Source: Candidatus Hadarchaeota archaeon (GTDB lineage: Archaea; Hadarchaeota; Hadarchaeia; Hadarchaeales; JAGGTB01). From it: a DNA stretch of 64,000 nt. Location: contig CAYLJV010000004.1 of the NCBI GenBank assembly GCA_964384105.1, positions 64,001 to 128,000 on the forward strand. The letters run 5' to 3'. The translations under genes were made by a program, and so were the position numbers. Positions 10,345-20,324 of the stretch are shown here, piece after piece (positions within the stretch are counted from its first letter, which is position 1; each line of letters begins with the position of its first letter). The notes beneath the pieces are model-generated. The model was not told where the DNA came from, ran no database searches, and was given only the letters and a program-made list of their open reading frames with translations.

Positions 10345-10980
10345 TCATTCTTCCTGAGGTATGAGAAGCTTTCCCGTGCCGTCCCAGACGGTAGTTGCGT
10401 AGAACAGTACCTCGCCGGCCTGTTGATGTACTATAAGGGTGCCCCCAAAATCTCCCGCAGGATAGGAGTAAACATAATAGGGGTGCAACAAGCTGACGTC
10501 TTCTTTTTGGATAGTTCTCTCACTATAATCCAGTTCGGCAATCTTTTCATCCATAAGTTCGATCCCATCTTCCAACCGAAAGTTTTCAATCTCGCTGTAG
10601 CTTGACTTGTATGCTTTCTTTAGTTGATTGGTCTCATAATCCAGCCTAAATATAGCTATTTTCACTTCTTCGTCAGTGTTAGAGGATAGTACTACAATTG
10701 CCTCTGCCTTACTTGGATCAAACACACCAACGCTGTAAGGATGGATATAGATCAAGGCTGTTGTTTTGCTTTCCTGAGTCACATACTCGGCTTCCTCTAG
10801 GTCCCTTACCTCTTCCCAAATATGTTCTGCATTATCGACTGAAGGTCCCTCGGGAGTCGTATAAATTCGGATGGTAGGTTTTGTATGTTCTCCTTCCTGG
10901 TCACCCAAAAAAGATAGCGTGAATACTAGCCCTGAGATTATGAAGAGTGCTATTGCTATCAGTATGATTTTGTTTTTCAT
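10345..10980 (-). CDS. Hypothetical membrane-anchored/secreted protein
   Basis: N-terminal hydrophobic anchor, 211-aa ORF. Confidence 0.65.
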   Translation of the reverse strand: MKNKIILIAIALFIISGLVFTLSFLGDQEGEHTKPTIRIYTTPEGPSVDNAEHIWEEVRDLEEAEYVTQESKTTALIYIHPYSVGVFDPSKAEAIVVLSSNTDEEVKIAIFRLDYETNQLKKAYKSSYSEIENFRLEDGIELMDEKIAELDYSERTIQKEDVSLLHPYYVYSYPAGDFGGTLIVHQQAGEVLFYATTVWDGTGKLLIPQEE

Positions 10981-11271
10981 TTCTCTATATTGAGATTTTG
11001 TCTTTGGAATTATTTATATTCAGTTTATGATGAATTATTTTGATATACAAACTGGCCCAAATTTAAGAGTGTCTAAAAATCTCCATTTTTTGTTCCTAGG
11101 ATAATTCGAGGGTAGTAGAAAGTTTCTAGAGGGGAGGAAGAAATTACTTTTTTAAATAGCTGAAATAATAAAGATAAGGACTGAAATTGGAGTAGGAGAA
11201 ACTCATAAATTTGTAGTTAACTGGGTTAAAGACTAAATAAACAGGAAAGAATGTTAAGTAGGTGTTGAGAT

Positions 11272-11541
11272 ATGGATTTAGAAGTTAAGGTTATGATGGT
11301 ATTCGTAGTCTTTTCGGTGATAATAGGAGTAATATCAGGAATTGCAGAACTAACAGGCTATCAAGGATTTTTATTGGCTTTAGTCTTCTTCTACGTTTCT
11401 TATAGAGTGGCACCTAGGGTATTCAAGGATCAAGAGGGTATCGAGGACCTCAGCAGAGGAGATATACTAAAGACGGCGGTAATACCTTATTGGTTCCTTT
11501 GGCTAGTACTCTGGACGCTGACATATACCTTAACATTGTGA
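11272..11541 (+). CDS. Small three-TM membrane protein (DUF5379/EMC6-like archaeal family)
   Basis: PYWFLWLVLWTLTYTL C-terminus, 3 TM. Confidence 0.6.
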   Translation: MDLEVKVMMVFVVFSVIIGVISGIAELTGYQGFLLALVFFYVSYRVAPRVFKDQEGIEDLSRGDILKTAVIPYWFLWLVLWTLTYTLTL

Positions 11542-11621
11542 AAATATTTGTATGGGCGTTGGACCAAAGTCTTTTTAGCTAATTTTTGGGCTTCTTTGAT
11601 AGAGAAACAGGAGCTGATTGA

Positions 11622-13211
11622 TTGGATTATATAGAGCATCCTCTGATAAAAGAGAATTCTATCGAAGCCCGAGTTTATCAACAGGTGATATTCGATTCTG
11701 TGAGGAAAGAAAACTCCTTAGTTGTTCTTCCAACTGGCTTAGGAAAGACTCAAATAGCCATAATGTTAGCTGCACAAAGAATTACGAACTTCCCTGACCT
11801 TGATGTCTTAATGATGGCACCCACTAGACCACTAGTTCTTCAACACAGAGAAACCTTTAGCGGATTGATGACCCTGGCTTCTGACGATTTTAGTGTTGTA
11901 ACTGGAAGGATATCTCCTCAGGAACGAAAGAGTGTCTGGAATAAAGGAAAGGTGTTTTTTGCTACACCTCAGACTGTCGAGAGAGATATCGTTTCTGGAA
12001 GAGTTTCTTTAGACAATTTTTCACTATTGATTTTCGATGAGGCTCACAGAGCAGTTGGAGATTATCCCTATGGATTCATAGCTGAGAGTTACGAATCCGA
12101 GGCGGAAGAACCTCTCATACTTGGCCTTACTGCTTCTCCAGGGGGTACTTCTGAGAGAATAAAGAAAGTGAAAGAAAATTTGTGTATACGTAATGTAGAA
12201 GTTCGGTCGGATGAAGACTCTACAGTAAAACCTTATGTCCAGCCAGTGGAGCTGGAGAGAGTACTTCTGGATCTGCCTGAACCTGTTGCAAAGATAAAGA
12301 AATTCCTCGAAAAGCAACTGAAGGATCATTTGAAAGAGTTAAAGAAGATGGGATTTCTTGATTCCATTCAAAATGTTGGAAAGAAGGACTTATTGGATGT
12401 TCAAAAGAAGATCAAAAAAGGTCAGAAGGAGATGGGGCCCTCCCCACCTAGGCGATTCTTCACTGGGATGATGGAGCAGGCTGCATCCTTTAGGCTATCT
12501 CACTGTATCGAGCTGCTGGAATCTCAGGGCTTGAACTCTCTGAAAAACTATCTGGATAAAATTTCGAACCAGGTAAATAAGCAGGGTGCTTCTAAATCCT
12601 TGAAATTACTTTTACGGGATCCTAGAATGAAGAAAGTAATCAATTTGGTGGAGAGCTCCGCTGGCAGAGTAGAAAATCCGAAGTTGGAAAAGGCGAAGCA
12701 GATAATCATGAAACAAGTAACTGAGAAGCCGAATTCAAGGATAATTTTATTTGCTCACTATAGAGATTCTGCCAGCCAGCTTGTAGATTCATTCGAAGAT
12801 TTGAACGGTGTTCGACCGGTTAAGTTCATTGGACAGGCCGATCGAGGTGAAGAAAGCGGTTTAAGTCAGAAGGAACAGGAAAATATTTTAGAAAAATTTA
12901 GAGAGGGGTTTTACAACCTCCTTGTTTCCACAGCTGTGGGTGAAGAAGGCCTCGATATACCAGGGGTCGACCTGGCAATTTTCTATGAGGCGGTACCCAG
13001 TGAGATTAGGAGCATACAGAGGAGGGGTAGAACCGGTCGAAAAAGACCTGGTCGGGTGGTAGTTTTGTTGATGAAAGGAACCCGTGACGAGGCCTTTTAT
13101 TGGTCCGCATATCATAAGGAAAAGAGGATGAAGGAGACGCTCAGAGAGATGAAAAAAGGTGGAGATAAAGATAAACAACAGAAGTCGCTTGAGAGTTTTG
13201 AGGGGAATTAG
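11622..13211 (+). CDS. hef: Hef/FANCM-like SF2 helicase (helicase half of split Hef)
   Basis: LPTGLGKT, DEAH, TASPG, QRRGRTGR; ends with PIP-like QKSLESF. Confidence 0.92.
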   Translation: MDYIEHPLIKENSIEARVYQQVIFDSVRKENSLVVLPTGLGKTQIAIMLAAQRITNFPDLDVLMMAPTRPLVLQHRETFSGLMTLASDDFSVVTGRISPQERKSVWNKGKVFFATPQTVERDIVSGRVSLDNFSLLIFDEAHRAVGDYPYGFIAESYESEAEEPLILGLTASPGGTSERIKKVKENLCIRNVEVRSDEDSTVKPYVQPVELERVLLDLPEPVAKIKKFLEKQLKDHLKELKKMGFLDSIQNVGKKDLLDVQKKIKKGQKEMGPSPPRRFFTGMMEQAASFRLSHCIELLESQGLNSLKNYLDKISNQVNKQGASKSLKLLLRDPRMKKVINLVESSAGRVENPKLEKAKQIIMKQVTEKPNSRIILFAHYRDSASQLVDSFEDLNGVRPVKFIGQADRGEESGLSQKEQENILEKFREGFYNLLVSTAVGEEGLDIPGVDLAIFYEAVPSEIRSIQRRGRTGRKRPGRVVVLLMKGTRDEAFYWSAYHKEKRMKETLREMKKGGDKDKQQKSLESFEGN

Positions 13212-13865
13212 TTGAAGGTAATCGTAGATCATCGTGAAGCTTCTTCGAGAGTGATAAGGGAAATTTACCGTCTCGATTTGGAAGTGGATATGCAACAGTT
13301 AGAAGTCGGAGATTATATTCTCAGCGAAAGGGTTGGAGTTGAGAGAAAAACGGTTCGAGACTTTTTGCAGTCTCTGATCGATGGAAGACTATTGGGACAG
13401 TCTAGAGATTTAGCGGAGTCTTTTGAACGCCCCTTAATGATTATAGAGGGAAACGGTCTATATACGGAGAGAAATATTCACCCAAATGCCATAAGAGGTG
13501 CTCTTGCCTGTATAACCGTTGATTATCACATACCAACTATTTTCACTGAAGACGAAACGGAAACTGCTCAGATAATTGCTTCTATAGCAGGTAGAGAGCA
13601 AAAGGATCGGAAGAGTGACATACCAATCCGCTGTCAAAGAAAGGTGCTTTCGCTGCCAGAGTTACAGCGGTTTGTGGTCGAGGGTTTACCAGGCGTTTCA
13701 GCAGTTCTAACAAAGCGTCTTTTGAATCATTTTGGCTCTGTTGAGAAAGTTATGGATGCTTCTAAGGATGAGTTAAAAGAAGTTCATGGAATCGGAGAAG
13801 AAAAGGCGAAAGAGATCAGAAGGATTTTGGAAGCTGAATATGTGGAAGAGGGAACAGAGCATTAG
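13212..13865 (+). CDS. ERCC4/XPF nuclease with HhH motifs (nuclease half of split Hef)
   Basis: VDHRE, GDY, ERKT motif, LPGVS and VHGIG HhH; GAGGGG SD before TTG. Confidence 0.92.
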   Translation: MKVIVDHREASSRVIREIYRLDLEVDMQQLEVGDYILSERVGVERKTVRDFLQSLIDGRLLGQSRDLAESFERPLMIIEGNGLYTERNIHPNAIRGALACITVDYHIPTIFTEDETETAQIIASIAGREQKDRKSDIPIRCQRKVLSLPELQRFVVEGLPGVSAVLTKRLLNHFGSVEKVMDASKDELKEVHGIGEEKAKEIRRILEAEYVEEGTEH

Positions 13866-13868
13866 AAA

Positions 13869-14513
13869 TTATTTCTGTCCGTAATCTTTGGAATACATCT
13901 TCGTCATTTTTTCTACGTCATCTTTGCTCAGCTTATGTGGTGATCCTAAAAGTTTGGAAAAAACATGGATCTTGGCGCTCTTCTCAGTTATCTCAGCTAC
14001 CTTTAGCGCCTCTTTCATGTCTTCTCCAACAGCTACCACTCCGTGGTTGGCTAGGAGTACGGCTTTTTTGTTGCCGAGTGCACTCATAGCAGAGTCAGCT
14101 AAATCCTTAGTACCGGGTAATTTGTATTCAGCCGTTTCTACACTTCCACCTACTATCTGAACCATATCCTCGACAATTGGGGGAATATCCTTTCTGCTGC
14201 AAGCTACAGCACTTGCGAAGGTAGAATGAGTGTGAACAATAGCGTTCACGTCTTTTCTCGATTTATATATCTTAGTATGAAGTTGATATTCGGTTGAGGG
14301 TTTTCTTTTTCCTTCTTTTATTTCACCGGCGAGATTCAGGATTACTATGTCTTCCTCGCCTACTTCCGTATAATCTATTCCAGAAGGGGTTATGGCGATT
14401 TTTTCCGGTTCTTTTTCAAGTCTGTGGCTTAGATTTCCCCAAGTACCTGCTACTAATCCTCTTTCGTAAATCTTTATTCCAGATTTTACCAATTCTTTCT
14501 TTTCGTTTACCAT
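13869..14513 (-). CDS. Class II aldolase/adducin family (fuculose-1-phosphate aldolase-like)
   Basis: GNLS, TPSG, PSTEYQLH, VHTHS, LANHG. Confidence 0.9.
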   Translation of the reverse strand: MVNEKKELVKSGIKIYERGLVAGTWGNLSHRLEKEPEKIAITPSGIDYTEVGEEDIVILNLAGEIKEGKRKPSTEYQLHTKIYKSRKDVNAIVHTHSTFASAVACSRKDIPPIVEDMVQIVGGSVETAEYKLPGTKDLADSAMSALGNKKAVLLANHGVVAVGEDMKEALKVAEITEKSAKIHVFSKLLGSPHKLSKDDVEKMTKMYSKDYGQK

Positions 14514-14529
14514 GTCTCTTCCTTCAAAA

Positions 14530-15687
14530 TTAGAGAGAAGATACTGCTTTTTCTAGTCTTGCTAGGGCCTCTTCGATGTTTTCTACGGAGTTTGCGTAAC
14601 TCATTCGGATATGCCCTTCCCCAGCTGGTCCAAAGGCACTGCCGGGGGTTGTTGCTACTCCCGCTTCTTTGAGTAGGTGTTTGCAAAGGTCCATAGATTT
14701 CATCCCTAGGTCTTCAATGTTAGGAAATACATAGAATGCACCATCTGGTTTTACACAGTTAATACCGGCTATAGAATTCAGACCATCGACTATAACGTCT
14801 CTTCGTTTCTTGTATTCTCCAACCATTTTACTAACGCAGTCCTGAGACCCTTCTAAAGCGGTTACACCCGCATACTGGGCGAATGAGGTGGGACAAGTTG
14901 TGGAATTTTGTTGGATTTTAATCATTTCTGAAATAATATCTTTATCTGCCGCAGTGTAGCCCAATCTCCATCCGGTCATGGAGTAAGTCTTGGAAAAACC
15001 ATTAATGTATATGGTCCGATCTCTGTGTTCTTCGAATGAAGCAATACTGACTATATCATTATCATAGCTTATTTCATCGTAGACTTCGTCGGTTAGTATC
15101 CAGAGGTCGTGATCCGAGGCGAGGTCTGCTAGAGCTTTGAGATCTCTCTTTTCTAATACTGCTCCGGTTGGATTGTTTGGGTAATTAAGTAGTATCAGTT
15201 TAGTTTTCGAAGATATTTTCTCTTTCACATCTTCTGCTTTCAGTCTGTATCCCTCTTCTTCACTAGCTTCGACAAATACTGGTTTTGCGTTTATTATCCT
15301 TGTCATTCCTTCGTAGGTCCAGCATGGGGTTGGTAATATTACCTCATCATCTGGGTCTAGTGTGACTGTCATAGAAGAAAATAGGGATTTTTTTGCTCCT
15401 GGAGTGACTATTATTTCCTCGGGACTCCTATCTATTCCCTTTTCACTTATTTTTTTGGAGATAGCTTTTCGGAGTTTCGGTATTCCCGCACTCGAGGTGT
15501 ATCCTATCTTACCTTCGTCAAGAGCTTTTTTTGCACTTTCTTTAATGTGTTCAGGGGTATCAAAATCAGGTTGACCCACTTCTAAATGTACGATATCTTT
15601 TCCGTCCGCTTCTAGTTTATTTGCCAGTGAAAGTATTTCAAGAGTGCCAGAACCGGGCACATCTTTCATACGATTTGCTATTCTAAT
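14530..15687 (-). CDS. PLP-dependent class I/II aminotransferase (aspartate aminotransferase-like); probable ATT start at 15687 (first ATG 15669)
   Basis: GQPDF, NYPNNPTG, DEVY, SKTYSMTGWRLG. Confidence 0.9.
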   Translation of the reverse strand: MRIANRMKDVPGSGTLEILSLANKLEADGKDIVHLEVGQPDFDTPEHIKESAKKALDEGKIGYTSSAGIPKLRKAISKKISEKGIDRSPEEIIVTPGAKKSLFSSMTVTLDPDDEVILPTPCWTYEGMTRIINAKPVFVEASEEEGYRLKAEDVKEKISSKTKLILLNYPNNPTGAVLEKRDLKALADLASDHDLWILTDEVYDEISYDNDIVSIASFEEHRDRTIYINGFSKTYSMTGWRLGYTAADKDIISEMIKIQQNSTTCPTSFAQYAGVTALEGSQDCVSKMVGEYKKRRDVIVDGLNSIAGINCVKPDGAFYVFPNIEDLGMKSMDLCKHLLKEAGVATTPGSAFGPAGEGHIRMSYANSVENIEEALARLEKAVSSL

Positions 15688-15740
15688 CTTAATCTCCCGC
15701 TAAAGTTTTACGATTGTATGTATAAGTTTTCTTCGATTAT

Positions 15741-17321
15741 ATGCATTGGGCAGATCAGGTTGCAGAGGAACTCAAAAACAGGCCAAAGGAAGACCATGTC
15801 GTAGCTAGCGGTATCTCGATTTCGGGTAATATCCATATTGGTCATTCTAATGACGTGTTTATTGCTGATGCGATTAGACGGGCCTTAGGGGAAATAGATG
15901 TTGAGGCTCAGGCGTTGTGGTATGCGGACGATTTTGATCCAATGCGGAGGGTCCCGTGGCCACTTTCCGAGGAGGATTACAAGGAGTATTTAGGCATGCC
16001 ATATGTGGATATTCCCTCTCCTGACCCCGACTACGAGAGCTTTGTAGATTATTTTGAGAAGCCATTCCTAGAATCTCTGGACGATTTTGGGATAAAGGTA
16101 GATATCTATTCTTCATACGAGATCTATCAGAGTGGAAAACTAGTCGATCAGATCAGAACTTCATTGGAAAATTCTGAAAAGATTCGAGTTATCCTTAATA
16201 AGTTCAGATCTAACAACCTCCCGAAAGATTGGCTCCCTTACGATGCAGTCTGTGAGAACTGCGGTAGGATAGCTACCACTCGAGCTTACGATTGGGAGGG
16301 CAATTACGTTTATTATGTCTGTGAAGGCGCGGATTATGTGGAAGGATGTGGATATGAGGGAAAAGCGGATTATACTAAAGGTGAGGGTAAGCTAACCTGG
16401 CGTGTTGAGTGGCCGGCCCGCTGGAAGATGTTGGGGGTTACTTGTGAACCCTTTGGCAAAGACCACGCTGCCGCTGGTGGTAGCTATGATACAGGGAAGT
16501 TAATTGCGAAGGAAGTCTTTGACTATAAACCACCTGAGCCGATTCCTTACGAGTGGATAAGTATGAAAGGTAAGCCACTTTCCTCTTCTAAGGGACGGGT
16601 CTTTACTTTGAAGGAGTGGCTGGAGGTCGCTGACCCAGAATTACTCAGGTACTTTATCTTTAGAAGCAAGGCTATGAAGGCGAAGGATTTCGATCCGGGC
16701 CTTCCTCTTCTTGAACTCTATAAGGAGTATAGGCAATTGGAGAAGGTTTACTTTGGAAAGGATGAGGCCAAGGAGAGTCGAGAAGAGCAGTTGAACAGAA
16801 TATATGAACTCTCTCAGGTCGAGGATGTTCCTAAGAAGTATCCTCAGAGAATTCCTTTCAGTTTGGCTACTATAATGATCCAAGTGGCTAGAGATTCGGA
16901 CCATGTCATCAGGATACTCAAGAGGAAGGGTGTTCTTGAGAATCCTACGAATTGGGAAATTAAACAAGCGGAGGAGCGGCTCGAGAGGGCTGAGAATTGG
17001 GTGGAGAAGTACGCTCCAGATAATGTACGATTGGAGATACTGAAAGAAGTTAGCGAAGAAATAAAGGAGAATCTTTCGCCAAAACAAAAAGAATGTCTTT
17101 CTTCTTTGGCTAAGGATCTTTCAGAGAGGGATTATGGCCCTGAAGAAATTCATAATAGGGTGTATGAAACCGCTCGAGAGAATGATTTAAAACCTGTTAA
17201 ACTCTTTCAAGCTATTTACAAAGTATTGTTGGGCCAAAAGTATGGTCCACGGGTAGGAAACTTCCTTACAGCTCTTGAGGACGAATTTGTTATTGAAAGA
17301 TTCAATAATGCCGCAAACTGA
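15741..17321 (+). CDS. lysS: Class I lysyl-tRNA synthetase
   Basis: MHWAD, HIGH, EPFGKDH, LSSSKG, GPR motifs. Confidence 0.97.
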   Translation: MHWADQVAEELKNRPKEDHVVASGISISGNIHIGHSNDVFIADAIRRALGEIDVEAQALWYADDFDPMRRVPWPLSEEDYKEYLGMPYVDIPSPDPDYESFVDYFEKPFLESLDDFGIKVDIYSSYEIYQSGKLVDQIRTSLENSEKIRVILNKFRSNNLPKDWLPYDAVCENCGRIATTRAYDWEGNYVYYVCEGADYVEGCGYEGKADYTKGEGKLTWRVEWPARWKMLGVTCEPFGKDHAAAGGSYDTGKLIAKEVFDYKPPEPIPYEWISMKGKPLSSSKGRVFTLKEWLEVADPELLRYFIFRSKAMKAKDFDPGLPLLELYKEYRQLEKVYFGKDEAKESREEQLNRIYELSQVEDVPKKYPQRIPFSLATIMIQVARDSDHVIRILKRKGVLENPTNWEIKQAEERLERAENWVEKYAPDNVRLEILKEVSEEIKENLSPKQKECLSSLAKDLSERDYGPEEIHNRVYETARENDLKPVKLFQAIYKVLLGQKYGPRVGNFLTALEDEFVIERFNNAAN

Positions 17322-17350
17322 CTTTTTTAAAACTTAATTTTATTCGATTA

Positions 17351-17563
17351 TTAAGGTTCTGAACCGAAAAGTTGTTCTACCAGAGATTTATCTTTAGGTT
17401 TCGTTTTCTCCCTTTCTGCTTCTTTGTCTACTTTGCCCTTTTTTATTATGATACCTTTGCAGTTTCTACAACGGAAGAATTCGTTGTTTCCTACATCGGC
17501 CCCTAGATACTTTAGGGAATCGTGCTCACAGTCCTTGTCTCCGGCTACACTATAAAATGTCAT
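17351..17563 (-). CDS. Small putative zinc-binding protein
   Basis: CEH and CRNC pairs, 70 aa. Confidence 0.6.
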   Translation of the reverse strand: MTFYSVAGDKDCEHDSLKYLGADVGNNEFFRCRNCKGIIIKKGKVDKEAEREKTKPKDKSLVEQLFGSEP

Positions 17564-17663
17564 TTCACTTTTAGCTGTCTTTTTGGTAACAAGTAAACTT
17601 TTTGGGTGTTTTAACTTTTTGGATGTTTTATGATAGATACGGCTTTGCTGATTGGTAAAGATT

Positions 17664-17816
17664 CTAGGAATTCTCTTCCGATATTTTGTCTATCAGAAAC
17701 AAAATGGGGCTAAAAAATAACGCAACTAGAATCAACAGTATTTTCACCGGTTTTGGAACATATCCTTGGTCGAGCATGTCATAGAGTCGATCTATCTCTT
17801 CGTCTCTAGTCGTCAT
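17664..17816 (-). CDS. Small single-TM protein, 50 aa (not in ORF track)
   Basis: MTTRDEEIDRLYDMLDQGYVPKPVKILLILVALFFSPILFLIDKISEENS*; GGTGA and TTTATATA upstream. Confidence 0.55.
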   Translation of the reverse strand: MTTRDEEIDRLYDMLDQGYVPKPVKILLILVALFFSPILFLIDKISEENS

Positions 17817-17955
17817 TGTCAGTGGACTTTCACCAATAAGTTATATAAAATTGTTTTTACCAACGCTCTTTCAAATTGTCAATGGTTTATATTTAAAAGC
17901 AGTGTTAGAGCTTTAAGAGAATAAAAATTAAACTATAGTTTTGTGAGGAAATTAG

Positions 17956-19140
17956 ATGAACATTTTGATTTGGATAGGAATCGCCGCCGCAGTCCTATGG
18001 ATTTTCATAATAATTTTGGATCGATTGTATGATTTGGAGTCCAAAGGTATCTCAGTAGCTCCGGGAATGGTTACTTGGCGTACCCAGCATGGTCTCGGTT
18101 TCATTGACAGGATAGCTAAGGCTGGAAAAGGTCTTTGGAAAGTTTTTGGATATCTTGGAGGTAGTATAGGGGGTATCCTCATGGCAGTAATGTTTGCCTT
18201 GCTGATCCTCAATACTGTTATGTTGTATACAGTGGGGGCACCGCCGGGTACGGGAGGTGCAGGTGTTAGGTTTGCCATACCAGGGCTCACGATACCTCTT
18301 CTAGCGGGGATAATCGGTCTCGCTACCGTATTGATTGTTCACGAACCGGCTCACGGCATTGTTCTCAGAAAACTTGGTATGAAGACTAAATCAACGGGTT
18401 TGGCACTCTTTTTACTCATCCCTGGAGCTTTTGTTGAGGAGGACGAAGAGGAGTTCAAAAAAGTATCTGTTTCGAAAAGGATTCAGGTGGCGGGGGCTGG
18501 GTCTTTTGCTAACTTAATATTGGCGATGGGTTGTTTCCTGATTGTACTAACTCTCATTTCACCTTTATCTGGTCTATACATAACCAATGCAGTTGAGAAT
18601 CAACCAGCTGCGATGGCGGGTTTGCCTGATGGGTCTCGTTTGGTGGGAATAGACGACACTCAGATCGAGGATTACTCGGATCTTCAGAATTTTATGGAAA
18701 ACGCTTACCCAGGTCAGGAGATTGTCTTAAGGACCACGGAGAACCAATATCTTGTAACTCTTGCGAGTGATAATGGTGAACCGCATATTGGAATTGAGTT
18801 CATAGCGGCGACTTCGATCTCTAAAGGCACATTGATGAGGCCAGTCGGAATATATTCAGTGGCAATTAGCGAGATATTGATGAATCCGATAGTGAATCAA
18901 TATACTTACGATAGTCCCATCCCTTGGTCTATCTTAGAATTGCTCAAATGGATATTTACTTTGAATCTTTTGGTTGGGCTCTTTAACCTTCTGCCGCTCA
19001 AACCACTCGATGGGGGGCACATAGTGCAGGGTCTTTCTGAAAAGATCGCGTCTAAGTCGAATGCAAGCAGGATAGCTAATGGGATCAGTAGTATAACCTT
19101 GATAGTTATTTTGTTGAATTTCCTCCCAGCTCTCACGTGA
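17956..19140 (+). CDS. Site-2 protease (M50) with PDZ domain
   Basis: HEPAH, GAFVE, AGAGSFAN, NLLPLKPLDGG. Confidence 0.93.
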   Translation: MNILIWIGIAAAVLWIFIIILDRLYDLESKGISVAPGMVTWRTQHGLGFIDRIAKAGKGLWKVFGYLGGSIGGILMAVMFALLILNTVMLYTVGAPPGTGGAGVRFAIPGLTIPLLAGIIGLATVLIVHEPAHGIVLRKLGMKTKSTGLALFLLIPGAFVEEDEEEFKKVSVSKRIQVAGAGSFANLILAMGCFLIVLTLISPLSGLYITNAVENQPAAMAGLPDGSRLVGIDDTQIEDYSDLQNFMENAYPGQEIVLRTTENQYLVTLASDNGEPHIGIEFIAATSISKGTLMRPVGIYSVAISEILMNPIVNQYTYDSPIPWSILELLKWIFTLNLLVGLFNLLPLKPLDGGHIVQGLSEKIASKSNASRIANGISSITLIVILLNFLPALT

Positions 19141-19361
19141 TAACGATGGACGATATCGAGGTCAACGTTAGAATTGTTTCGGACGAAGGCTCTGGAACTT
19201 ACAAACTGGGTTCTGGGTCAAGTATTAGAGACCTGCTCGAAAGTCTCGACAGAAATCCTGAGACCGTAGTGGTTAAGCGGAACGATAAGATAGTTCCCGA
19301 GGAAGAAGAATTGGAGAGCGGAGATGAAATAGTGGTAGTACCCGTGGTTTCGGGTGGTTAG
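19137..19361 (+). CDS. Ubiquitin-like sulfur carrier (SAMP2/MoaD/ThiS family)
   Basis: Beta-grasp size, C-terminal VSGG, adjacent to ncsA. Confidence 0.9.
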   Translation: MITMDDIEVNVRIVSDEGSGTYKLGSGSSIRDLLESLDRNPETVVVKRNDKIVPEEEELESGDEIVVVPVVSGG

Positions 19362-20321
19362 TTGAAGGAGTGCAGTTTTTGCGGGAGACGGGCCGTTTAC
19401 AATCACAGGACCGCTGGCGTTTATAGATGCGACAGATGCTTTTCCAAAAATATAGAGAAAAGATTTCGTCGGACTGTTAATAAATACGACCTCGTGGAAC
19501 CCGGCGACAGAGTCATAGCAGGAGTTTCAGGTGGAAGTGACAGTGTTGTCAATCTGAAGTTACTTGCCGATTACTCTAATTATCGTGATATCGAAGTTGT
19601 TTCTTTGACCATAGATGAGGGAATAGAAGGATATCGAGACGAGAGTATTCCGATCGCTAGAGAAAATTCGGAGAATTTAGGTATAGAACACGTCGTCGTA
19701 GGGTTTGAGGGGGTTTTCGGCGAGAATCTGGACGAATTGGCGAGAATTTCAGAGGAAATAAGCGGACCCGATCCGTGCACGCTCTGTGGAATTCTACGCA
19801 GATCCCTCCTCAACCAAGCTTCTCGCGAATTGAATGGGGATAGATTAGCTATCGCCCACAATCTCGACGATGAGGTCCAGACAATCATGTTGAATTACAT
19901 AAGAGGGGACCTTTCAAGGCTCAAGAGAATAGGCCCAAAGACCGAAGCACAGGAAGGTTTCGTTCCGAGAATCAAGCCGTTGAGAGAAATAACCGAGAAA
20001 GAAGCCGCGATCTATGGGATGTTGAAGGGTCTAAAGATCCATGTGGCGACCTGTTCTTATGTGGGGGGTATGAGAAGCGAGGTTCGGGACTTTATTAATA
20101 AGTTGGAAGAAAACCACCCCACCACAAAATTTAGGATATTGAGAATGTTTGATGAAATGAATCCCCATTTACCTTCTGAATCGAAAGATTTTGAGTTAGA
20201 ACGTTGCGAAATATGTGGCGAGCCCGCTACAGGTGGTTTGTGCAGGGCATGTGAACTGTTAGAACGACTTGGTATAGAAAGAAGGAAAAAAGTCTTATTT
20301 CCGACTAAAGACAAAGGGTAA
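19362..20321 (+). CDS. ncsA: tRNA 2-thiolation protein NcsA/TtuA/Ctu1
   Basis: SGGSDS PP-loop, CTLCGILRR, N- and C-terminal CxxC zinc fingers. Confidence 0.9.
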   Translation: MKECSFCGRRAVYNHRTAGVYRCDRCFSKNIEKRFRRTVNKYDLVEPGDRVIAGVSGGSDSVVNLKLLADYSNYRDIEVVSLTIDEGIEGYRDESIPIARENSENLGIEHVVVGFEGVFGENLDELARISEEISGPDPCTLCGILRRSLLNQASRELNGDRLAIAHNLDDEVQTIMLNYIRGDLSRLKRIGPKTEAQEGFVPRIKPLREITEKEAAIYGMLKGLKIHVATCSYVGGMRSEVRDFINKLEENHPTTKFRILRMFDEMNPHLPSESKDFELERCEICGEPATGGLCRACELLERLGIERRKKVLFPTKDKG

Positions 20322-20324
20322 CAC

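Noticed and set aside
19359-19364. Obligate amber readthrough fusing SAMP to NcsA
   Set aside because: SAMP needs a free C-terminal GG and TAG terminates many genes here.
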